NCBI GenBank assembly: GCA_036918135.1
Contig: JBALDB010000062.1
Span: 38,599-102,598, forward strand
From: Nostoc sp.
GTDB lineage: Bacteria; Cyanobacteriota; Cyanobacteriia; Cyanobacteriales; Nostocaceae
Reading direction: 5' to 3'
DNA: 64,000 bases
Below are positions 55,644-64,000 of this stretch, piece by piece (the stretch's first letter is position 1; each line of letters starts with the position of its first letter). The notes below the pieces were generated by a model. That model worked only from the letters and a program-made list of their open reading frames with translations. It did not search any database and had not been told where the DNA came from. Position numbers and translations under genes: made by a program.

Positions 55644-55697
55644 GATAAATAAAAAATATCCCATTGCTTTGAACTGGAGTTTAGACTCTCTTGTGAG

Positions 55698-55733
55698 AAA
55701 AAGCGGTCAGCTATGTAAAAGTGACCGCCTTTT
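55698..55733. terminator. Probable bidirectional intrinsic terminator
   Basis: AAAAAGCGGTCA-loop-TGACCGCCTTTT between convergent genes. Confidence 0.6.
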
Positions 55734-55808
55734 GGTCAATGCTGAGATTTAGAGAAAAAGAATAGCTTGACCATGATATTTGATAAGCGTGAAACTTTTC
55801 CGCATTCT

Positions 55809-56759
55809 TTAAGGCTGGATACTGTAACCACTAACATCAACCAATCGATACCCTTGACCCACTAATTGGTCGAAGGTGCTTTGATATTCAGATGATGTCA
55901 AACCATGTCGTGCTACCCAAGCTGAACTACCAGATTTGTCCCAAATAGCGGCGTATCTGTCTTGTCCATTGACATTGTAACCACTGACATGAACTAATCG
56001 ATATCCTTGTCCAACTAATTGGTCGAACGTGCTTTGATACTCAGATGAAGTCAAACCATGTCGTGCTACCCAAGCTTCACCATCAGAGTTCTGCCAAATA
56101 GCAGCATATCTAGCTTGTCCGTTGACACTGTAACCGCTAACATCAACCAATTTATACCCTTGACTCACTAGTTGGTCGAAAGTGGCTTGATATTGAGATG
56201 AGGTCAGTCCATGTCGTGCTACCCAAGCTGGGCCATCAGACTTCTCCCAAATGGCGGCATATCTATCTTGTCCATTTACTGCATAACCACTGACATGAAC
56301 TAATCGATATCCTTGTCCAACTAATTGGTCGAACGTGCTTTGATATTGAGATGAGGTCAATCCATGTCGTGCTACCCAAGCTGGGCCATCAGACTTCTCC
56401 CAAATGGCGGCATATCTGTCTTGTCCATTCACAGCATAACCATTGACATCAACCAATCGATAGCCTTGACCAATTAGTCGATCGAAAGTTGTTTGATATT
56501 GAGATGAGGTCATCCCGTGTCGTGCTTGCCAAGCTTCACCACCAGATTTCACCCAAATTGCCGCATATCTATCTTGTGTGTTAGCGATCGCTTGGTGTCT
56601 GTGCAGAGGTATTCTCTGTGCTAGAATTTGATTTTGCTCAATTGCACTAATATTACTTAAATTACCAGCAGAGTGAACGGGCCCTGCAAAAGCAGTACTT
56701 AGTAAAGATGACAGTAAAACTGCACTAGAGGCAGTTACAGCTAAAGTGTGTTGAAACAT
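55809..56759 (-). CDS. Secreted protein with five 51-aa tandem repeats (bacterial tandem repeat domain 1 / polyglycine-hydrolase-like repeat)
   Basis: Signal peptide ending AFA; 5 copies of RYAAIW.KS.G.AWVARHGLTSS.YQ.TFDQLV.QGYRLV.VSGY.VNGQ. Confidence 0.88.
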   Translation of the reverse strand: MFQHTLAVTASSAVLLSSLLSTAFAGPVHSAGNLSNISAIEQNQILAQRIPLHRHQAIANTQDRYAAIWVKSGGEAWQARHGMTSSQYQTTFDRLIGQGYRLVDVNGYAVNGQDRYAAIWEKSDGPAWVARHGLTSSQYQSTFDQLVGQGYRLVHVSGYAVNGQDRYAAIWEKSDGPAWVARHGLTSSQYQATFDQLVSQGYKLVDVSGYSVNGQARYAAIWQNSDGEAWVARHGLTSSEYQSTFDQLVGQGYRLVHVSGYNVNGQDRYAAIWDKSGSSAWVARHGLTSSEYQSTFDQLVGQGYRLVDVSGYSIQP

Positions 56760-57292
56760 AGCAGTCGAATAAATTTTTTAGAGTGTATATGTTTGGCTTG
56801 TTCAGCCACACTAGCTAAATAGGTTGATGTGAAATTTTTTATGCAGTACTCACTCAGGAGCAGGCGCACAAGCAGCACACCGCCTGCTACGAATGAAATA
56901 AACAAGTCAAATCCTCTTCTCTTGTGCCTCCTGCCTTGTTTATTGAAAATATTGGGAATTTTAAATACGTTATTTAGTAATCCGATTTGATTCTTGAATC
57001 ACTATTCAGGGCAAGGAAAAAGGAACTCTACTAGTTGAGCCGATAAATCAGCCATGTTCATACAACAGAGTGGATATTTCTGAGATTCGTAAGTTAACAA
57101 CTGATGGTAAACCAACTCCAAAAGCTTCTGTAAACACACCTGGGGTTTGAAGGCAAAGGGAGCATACTTCGACTGCGCTCAGTAACTGGGGGAGCAGGAG
57201 CGAGGAACAGTCGTGTTGATTCCAAAAATTTGGATAATTTATTTTTTAGAATCCTACTAAGCAAATATAGCCAACGGTAATTTTTCTCGTTT

Positions 57293-57449
57293 CGAGTTCC
57301 GAACACGAACTTTTGAGTTCCGAACAGGAACTGTCGAGTTCTGAACAGGAACTGTCGAGTTCTGAACAGGAACTGCCGAGTTCTGAACACGAACTTCCGA
57401 GTTTTAAACACGACCTGTCGAGTTCCGAACACGAACTGCCGAGTTCTGG
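57293..57449. repeat. 21-bp tandem repeat, ~7.5 copies, each internally palindromic
   Basis: Consensus CGAGTTC(C/T)GAACA(C/G)GAACTG(T/C); the consensus unit contains AGTTC-N7-GAACT. Confidence 0.95.
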
Positions 57450-57637
57450 GGATACCCTGAAAAAATCATACAATTTTATGAGGTGGAGATAAGTCTAAAC
57501 GTCAGCTTCCGGCAAACAGAACTGCGGAGCATCTTGTCCGCCCTAGAACTCAGACAGATTAGAGAGCTTATACCATAAACCTTAATTAGATATTTTTTTA
57601 TTTGAAAATCCCTTAGATTTATTTTTTATATAAGCTT

Positions 57638-58809
57638 ATGGATAATCAAGAAGCACTACAGCGAACTCTCAACCGCGCTCGTCGCGCCCTCCAGATATTG
57701 GAGGAGGAAAAAGCTAGTTATGGAATTCGAGTTCCAGTAGATTTGCAGCTCGAACTAGAGGAGAAACAAAAAGAAGTCACTAGCCTAGAGGCACGATTAA
57801 GTCTGTCAAAGGGACAACATTCGGCAAGTGTACCCGATAACTTGCCCCGTTATAACGATGTGTTTGTGGGACGCAAACAAGAAATCGCCCGTTGTTTGGA
57901 GGCACTCTCACCAGAAGAACGCGGCTGGGGTGTGGCAATTGATGGTATTGGTGGTATGGGCAAAACGGCGTTAGCGCTGGAGGTAGCACACCTTGCCCGT
58001 CAGCAAGCTTTGTTTGATGCCTACCTGTTTGTTTCTGCTAAGACTACCTGGCTCTCAACTGAGGGAGTGCGGCAAGAAACCCTCGCCCTGTCTTCTCTCG
58101 ATAGCTTCTGCCGGGAATTTGCCAAGGGGTTGGGACAGACGGATATTGTGACAATGACTTGGTTGGGGAGCATATCACGTTGCAATGATTCACTACAATC
58201 GCGCCGATACTGATAGGGCAGCAAGTTGGGCGGCTCAGATGGTGGAAGCGATGGAGCAAGGCGGCAGCCGTCAGGATAAGGCTAGTGCACTTCAGTTGCA
58301 AGGACACATTGCAGGGCAACGCCAGAACTGGGCGGAGGCGGAGCGGCTGTACAAGGAGGCATTAGCAATTTACCGAGAGTTGGAGGAGGAACAAGATGAG
58401 GCGATCGCCCTTAACAATCTGGGATTACTTGCGCGATCGCAGGGAGACTATGATCGCGCCAAATCCTACTACAAGCAAGCATTAGCGATAGCAGAAAAAC
58501 AGGGAAATAAAGAAAGCCAAGCAACTTATTGCGACAACTTGGGACTTCTAGCCCTTGCGCGATCGCCCTACAGCAGCACGCCCCTGGCACGAGCGTGAGT
58601 TACCCCTAGCGCAAGAGGTGGGACGACAAGATTTGGTGGCTTTTGCTCAATCAGGGCTAGCGCAAGTTCTGGAGAAAGAGGGGCGTTACTCACAGGCGCT
58701 ATCCTTAGCACAGTCTGCCCTGGAGATCCAAGAGCGCCTGCGCGATCGGGACTTGGATTGGACGCGCCAATTAGTTGAGCGGTTGCAGTACAAGGCAGGG
58801 ATGGAATAA
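57638..58809 (+). pseudogene. Disrupted STAND/NB-ARC NTPase-TPR (NLR-like) gene with N-terminal adaptor domain
   Basis: NLPRYNDVFVGRKQEI, Walker A GIGGMGKTALA, FVSAK; no Walker B or winged helix. The frame changes near 58155 into TPR repeats (AEAERLYKEALAIYRE, ALNNLG), with a second frameshift near 58556. Confidence 0.88.
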
Positions 58810-59016
58810 TTCGTAATTCGTAATGCTTCGGCGTCGCTCAGCACAGGTTCGTAATTAGTAATTGATTGAAGGTTTTACGCCCCTGTGCAGTGCCATTCCA
58901 ATCTGTAGGCTTAATATTTGCGAAACTGATACGCTCTCAACGAGAAACGCTATAGTCTGAGGTAACTGTCTACAAAACGAGATTAACCTATCTATTCCAT
59001 AATTTTAAATTTATTT

Positions 59017-59853
59017 ATGATTAATGACACATTACAAGCAAGCCGTGAATGGTGGTCGCAACAATGGCTAGATTTGCTAGATTCTTATCGCTTTAAAAAG
59101 CGTTTGGAACGTGCAAGAAACTATGCACGCCAAGGAAATGTTTTAAGCATTGAGTTTCAAGGTGCAAAAGTATTAGCTAGGGTACAAGGTAGTGAAGTCG
59201 AACCTTATAAAGTTTCCCTTTCCCTTGAACCTTTTAGCGATGAACAGTGGGGTTATGTGATTGAAACAATGTCTCGAAAGGCAATTTTTGCTGCCAAATT
59301 GTTGGCAGGAGAAATGCCGCAAAATATAGCTGAAGTATTCACAGCTAATGGTCTTTCGTTATTTCCTTTTACGCTTGCTGATGTTAAGAGTAAATGCTCT
59401 TGTCCTGATAAAGCAAATCCCTGTAAACATGTTGGTGCGGTGTATTATCAGTTAGGCGATCGCTTTAGTGAAGACCCGTTTGTACTATTTCAGTTACGGG
59501 GACGCACCAAAGAGCAAATTATCAGCGATTTACGCCAGTTACGTAGTGGTAAAATTGAAGCCAACACCTCAGAAACGGCTGATGCTCAACAGTCAATTGT
59601 TCACAACAAATACTCAGTCAAAATTGACTCTTTCTGGCAATATAATGAACCACTAGAGTCATCTTTGGTAGTCATTGTGCCCTCTAGTAGCGAGACGGTA
59701 TTAGATGTATTGGGAGCAATTCCCCTAGCAAAGGAAGAGGAAAATGTAGTAAATTCAAATTCCAGTGATATCGTTATGAAGTATTTGAATACCATTTACA
59801 CAGATGTCAGCCAGAAAGCTGTTTTAGCAGCAATGAATGTGGGGGGAAGTTGA
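59017..59853 (+). CDS. SWIM zinc finger protein
   Basis: RLERARNYARQG, CSCPDKANPCKH, DPFVLFQLRG. Confidence 0.95.
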   Translation: MINDTLQASREWWSQQWLDLLDSYRFKKRLERARNYARQGNVLSIEFQGAKVLARVQGSEVEPYKVSLSLEPFSDEQWGYVIETMSRKAIFAAKLLAGEMPQNIAEVFTANGLSLFPFTLADVKSKCSCPDKANPCKHVGAVYYQLGDRFSEDPFVLFQLRGRTKEQIISDLRQLRSGKIEANTSETADAQQSIVHNKYSVKIDSFWQYNEPLESSLVVIVPSSSETVLDVLGAIPLAKEEENVVNSNSSDIVMKYLNTIYTDVSQKAVLAAMNVGGS

Positions 59854-59956
59854 CCAAATTTGAGATTTGAGATTTTGGATTGAATTAACAAAACAGTAAT
59901 ATTGGCATCAATCCTCAGAATTCAGAATTTAATTAGAGCGTGACTAGTGGATAGTC

Positions 59957-60062
59957 GATTGGGAATTGCTAATTGTTAATTGGTAATAGGTAATTGGAAA
60001 AAAGAAGGTTTAACATCACCCATTCCCCATTCCCTATTCACCATTACCCTTTACCCATTACC
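59957..60062. repeat. STRR-like heptamer tandem repeats in inverted arrangement
   Basis: TAATTGG/TAATAGG run followed by a CCATTCC/CCATTAC run between convergent genes. Confidence 0.7.
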
Positions 60063-60131
60063 GACCCTTACAGAATCATAAGTATTCAACCGGACATGAT
60101 ATAATTGATTCTGAATTCTTCTTTAAAGTTT

Positions 60132-61814
60132 TCAACCCATACCCAAGAACTTTCTAATATCTTCTAATTGTTTTAATTGTCTTTCCATTTGCTTCCTTAG
60201 TTGGTCATAATCAACATTATTCTCATCTTGATTATTCTCATTGCTATTTATATTGCTACTGCTAAATATCGGATTGTAGTCTAGAGATTGAGACCATGAT
60301 TCTGGATTAAGTAATCCACTATTATTTTCATAAGAGGTCAGAGATTTTGTTGTTTCTGTAATTGGCTGATTGTTTGCAAAACTAATATTGTAATTATTAA
60401 AACTAGAGATATCTGGTTTCAGATAATTTACTGTTTCTGTAATTGGCTGATTATTTGCAAAACTAATATCATAATTATTAAAACTAGAGACATCTGATTT
60501 TAGAGATTTTGCTGTTTCCGTAAATGTTTGATTGGTCAAAGAATTAAAATCAGAATTATTAAAACTAGAAATGTTTTTCGGTGTTAAATATTCTGCTGGT
60601 TCTGTAATTACTTGACTTGACAAAGAATTCAAATTGTAAGTCTTCAAACTAGAGGTTGTACTTTGTGTAGTATTGTCTGCGGTTTCTGTGACAATTTGAC
60701 GTACTTGGGCATCAGTCAGGTTTGGGTTAGCACTTAGCATCAGAGCAACTACACCAGCAACATGAGGAGCAGCCATAGAAGTGCCGCTATAAGTGGCATA
60801 TTGATTATTCGGAACTGTGGAGTAGATATCGACTCCTGGGGCTGTAACGTAGCTAATTGGATTTGTTCCAGCGCGATCGGAGAAGTCAGCTAGGTTTTTA
60901 TTTCTATCTACCGCCCCAACGGCAATTCCTGACTTGTATGCATAGCGGGCGGGATAATCTGGTGATGATTCACTATCATTACCAGCTGCCATAACCACAA
61001 TCACTCCTTTGCTGCTGGCATAATCAATGGCTGACTCTAGAGTGCTATTAGAATATTTGCCTCCTAAGCTGAGGTTAATTACATCGGCTCCATTGTCTAC
61101 GGCGTAGCGAATGCCTTTAGCTATGGAATTATAAGTACCGGAGCCAGAGTCATTCAAAACTTTGACAGGCATAATTTTGGCATCATAGGCAATGCCAGTA
61201 ACACCGTAGTCATTATTCTCTCCAGCGATCGTGCCAGAAACATGAGTACCATGACCATTTTTGTCTAAAGTATCGTTGTTGTTATCAGAAAAGTTCCAAC
61301 CGTAATCATCATCAACGTAGCCATTGCCATCATCATCTATACCGTTACCTGGAATTTCTTTGCTATTCGTCCAAATATTATTTTTCAAATCATCGTGGTT
61401 GCGATCGACCCCAGTATCTACAACAGCAACAACAACACCTTTACCTGTGTATCCTTTTGCCCAAACTTCTGGTGCTTTCACAAGGTCAGCTCCCCAATTA
61501 TTGCCACCAAGGTCGGGAACATCAGCAAAGGTATTTTGACCAGTAACTTTGGCTACTGCTGCTGCTGCATTAACTAAGCCATAACCCGTAGTGGGATTAT
61601 AGTTTCCACTGCTAACAGCACTCTTATCAACCTTAATTTTTGAATGATTTTTCTTTAGCAAGTGCATATCAGCATCAGTTGAATTATAGCTACTATGACC
61701 ACTAATATGCAGATTGTAGTTATCCTTGGTATTAAAGGTATCTAATGATGATATTGAAGTTGCATTTAATGTTTTGTTGGCAAATAAATTGTTATTAACA
61801 TTATCTTTGAGCAT
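60132..61814 (-). CDS. Subtilisin-like serine protease (S8) with C-terminal ~25-aa repeats
   Basis: Catalytic triad VVDTG, HGTHVSG, GTSMAAPHV; repeats ISSFNN...NQ.ITET at ~60340-60650. Confidence 0.95.
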   Translation of the reverse strand: MLKDNVNNNLFANKTLNATSISSLDTFNTKDNYNLHISGHSSYNSTDADMHLLKKNHSKIKVDKSAVSSGNYNPTTGYGLVNAAAAVAKVTGQNTFADVPDLGGNNWGADLVKAPEVWAKGYTGKGVVVAVVDTGVDRNHDDLKNNIWTNSKEIPGNGIDDDGNGYVDDDYGWNFSDNNNDTLDKNGHGTHVSGTIAGENNDYGVTGIAYDAKIMPVKVLNDSGSGTYNSIAKGIRYAVDNGADVINLSLGGKYSNSTLESAIDYASSKGVIVVMAAGNDSESSPDYPARYAYKSGIAVGAVDRNKNLADFSDRAGTNPISYVTAPGVDIYSTVPNNQYATYSGTSMAAPHVAGVVALMLSANPNLTDAQVRQIVTETADNTTQSTTSSLKTYNLNSLSSQVITEPAEYLTPKNISSFNNSDFNSLTNQTFTETAKSLKSDVSSFNNYDISFANNQPITETVNYLKPDISSFNNYNISFANNQPITETTKSLTSYENNSGLLNPESWSQSLDYNPIFSSSNINSNENNQDENNVDYDQLRKQMERQLKQLEDIRKFLGMG

Positions 61815-62274
61815 GAGTATTTTCTCTCAAAATAGCAATAGTTTTTGACAGTCTGAAACATTAAAACCTTTTTTCAAAGATTTTAATCTGCGAACAAGCT
61901 CCATTGTCAATAATTACTATGTAATTTTAGAAAAAATTGCTAATTCTACTACAAAAAAGTATTTAACAAAATAGGGATTTTTATCAAGAGTAAAATATCA
62001 ATTAATTATTAAGTTTTGATTGCAAAATCAGATTTTGATACTTGCAAGCCACAGATCCCCAACTTGACAAACAAATTGGGGATCTTGTTTCTAACCAATT
62101 GTTTAGAACTGATAGACAGTAGATTTAGACAAGTGTGAAGTACACTATTTAGCTCTGATAGCTAAGCAGAGAACCTATTCTAATTCTGAATTCTGCTGTA
62201 ATTCTTTTTTTAGTGTTGTAAAGTAAAAAACATACAATCTCCATATATTCGGTATATAAGTGTTGGATTTATGA

Positions 62275-62466
62275 TTAATCATCTGATTTATTTTGCGTTT
62301 GTGTATCCTTCTTATTGCGTTTAGTATCTTTTTTCCATCTTCCTATTTTGCGTGCTGCTTCTGTTAGCAGATACTCAATTTGTGCGTTAACGCTCCTTAA
62401 TTTGTCAGAAGACCATTTTTCTAGCACTTCATACAAAGGAGGTAAAAACATTACTCTTACTGACAT
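62275..62466 (-). CDS. Small Arc/ribbon-helix-helix-like protein (possibly N-terminally truncated)
   Basis: [32 protein letters not shown] matches the RSVNAQIE..L pattern of Arc-like proteins. Confidence 0.65.
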   Translation of the reverse strand: MSVRVMFLPPLYEVLEKWSSDKLRSVNAQIEYLLTEAARKIGRWKKDTKRNKKDTQTQNKSDD

Positions 62467-62680
62467 TCACGCTTGTTATTATGTCCTGACCTATATGATT
62501 ACGGCTATATCTGCATACTCACGCTGGAAGGCGATGGCTGGGTTGAGCTAAGCCTATGTACCCTCGATCGCCTTTGACTCTTACAAAAATTGTTAGTTAA
62601 ATGGAGTGGCAATCGCTTTGACAAATAGTTTTACCCTTGACTCAATCGGCTTGAGTTAAATCTAGTTATATCAAGGATTG

Positions 62681-64000
62681 TTACGCCAGACTATTTTCTG
62701 CTGTTGTTGTGACAATCTGACGCACTTGGGTATCAGTTAGACCTTTCTTTGCACTTAACATCAAAGCTATTACCCCAGTAACGTGGGGAGTTGCCATAGA
62801 CGTTCCGTCTTTAAAACCATAGTCATTGCTTGGTAATGTAGAGTAGATATCAACTCCTGGAGCTGTGATGTAGGGGAGTGTATTTGGCCCAGCTTCGTTA
62901 GAGAAGTAAGCCATCTCTTCATACTTATCAATTGCCCCGACAGCCAGCCCCCATTTCTTGGCATAGATAGCTGGATAATGGGGTTGAGAATCGCTCTCAT
63001 TTCCTGCTGCCATAACGACAATTACCCCTTTACTGGCGGCATATTGAACGGCTGATTCTATTTCACTGTTAGGCTTCTCATCACCAAAACTGCAATTCAT
63101 GACATTAGCCCCATTATCCACAGCATAACGAATAGCCTTGACAATTGCTTCATCGCTAAGGTATGTATCGGAGGGACTGGTACCCCCAGTTTTCAGTGCC
63201 ATAATTTTGGCATCATAGGCAATACCAGTGACACCAAAGTTATTTTTCACCGCAGCAATAGTACCAGCTACATGAGTGCCATGACCATTTTTGTCTAAGG
63301 GGTTGTTGTTGTTGTCTAAGAAGTTCCAGCCGTTGATATCATCGATATAGCCATTGCCATCATCATCTTTGCCGTTGCCAGCGATTTCCTTAGTATTCTT
63401 CCAGATATTAGCGTTCAAATCTGGGTGATTGTAATCTACCCCACTATCTATCACAGCAACAATAATGCCCTTACCTGTGTATCCCTTTGCCCAGACTTCT
63501 GGAGCTTTTACTAGGTCGGCTCCCCAATTATCACCACCGAGGTCAGGAACATTAGCAAAGGTAGTCTGACCAAGAGTTTTAGCGACTGCTGCGGCTGCAT
63601 TTATTAGTCCATAGCCATCAGTGGAGTTATAACCGATATTTTTGATAATGGTTATAGCTTTGGCAACAATGTTGTTAGTTTCATTGCTTTCAGGAACATC
63701 TTCATCGCCATCAGCTTGATACAACAGGTAGTAGCCACCCACTGCGGTACTTTTACTAATCTTGATTGAAAATGTTCCGCTAGTGTAACTTCCAGATGCA
63801 ATACTGCTAGTGTATTCAGAACTCAATAAGGTATCCTCATTGCTGAGAATTCGGTCTTTGGATAAATAAAAATTGGTGTAGGTATAGCCAGCACTACCTG
63901 TACCTTGATTCTTAACTTGATAGCTGACTTGAATGCTACCACCCACTGACCCAACACCGGGATTGACGGCATTTTGAATAATTAAATCAGCTTTATTAAT
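62681..64000 (-). CDS. S8 subtilisin-like protease with CARDB domain (5' end outside window)
   Basis: Frame is open to the window edge (ADLIIQNA...VSYQVKNQGTG...ESNETNN, CARDB); triad VIDSG, HGTHVAG, GTSMATPHV. Confidence 0.93.
   Translation of the reverse strand: MNKADLIIQNAVNPGVGSVGGSIQVSYQVKNQGTGSAGYTYTNFYLSKDRILSNEDTLLSSEYTSSIASGSYTSGTFSIKISKSTAVGGYYLLYQADGDEDVPESNETNNIVAKAITIIKNIGYNSTDGYGLINAAAAVAKTLGQTTFANVPDLGGDNWGADLVKAPEVWAKGYTGKGIIVAVIDSGVDYNHPDLNANIWKNTKEIAGNGKDDDGNGYIDDINGWNFLDNNNNPLDKNGHGTHVAGTIAAVKNNFGVTGIAYDAKIMALKTGGTSPSDTYLSDEAIVKAIRYAVDNGANVMNCSFGDEKPNSEIESAVQYAASKGVIVVMAAGNESDSQPHYPAIYAKKWGLAVGAIDKYEEMAYFSNEAGPNTLPYITAPGVDIYSTLPSNDYGFKDGTSMATPHVTGVIALMLSAKKGLTDTQVRQIVTTTAENSLA

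Noticed and set aside
57293..57449. Possible CRISPR array
   Set aside because: Units are contiguous 21-mers with no unique spacers, and no cas genes are in the window.
57094..57473. ORFs 57094-57432 and 57246-57473
   Set aside because: They are open only because the repeat period is a multiple of three, and they run into dispersed-repeat DNA.

Overview
This is 64 kb of AT-rich chromosome from a filamentous, Nostoc-like cyanobacterium, judged from the many HIP1 GCGATCGC octamers, heptamer tandem repeats and XisI/DUF29/Uma2 genes. It starts at dnaA and an oriC with at least 8 TTTTCCACA boxes, but dnaN does not follow; a GC-richer darcynin-like/AraC cassette sits there instead. Most of the window is housekeeping or typical cyanobacterial accessory genes: sbp, a phytochrome/CBCR kinase, Get3/ArsA, ackA, menH, invertase, aspS, a ctpA-like protease, a two-component pair, htpX, a fluoride riboswitch with CLC-F, dapL, NDH-2, ilvC, egtD with an OvoA-like synthase, pnp and subtilases. 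The most striking feature is a ~4.5 kb insert between the Snf2 helicase and SWIM genes. It carries a caspase-like protease and a now-broken STAND/NB-ARC-TPR (NLR-like) gene that share a ~44-aa helical domain (29/44 identical), placed C-terminally on the protease and N-terminally on the NLR. This suggests an inflammasome/apoptosome-like homotypic coupling system. Items missing from the ORF track include a pseudogenised toxin-like ORF coupled to an intact partner gene, a hicB pseudogene, a 50-aa membrane protein, a probable antiporter-CLC fusion and two unrelated 21-bp tandem arrays. Family assignments come from motif recognition only; no searches were run.
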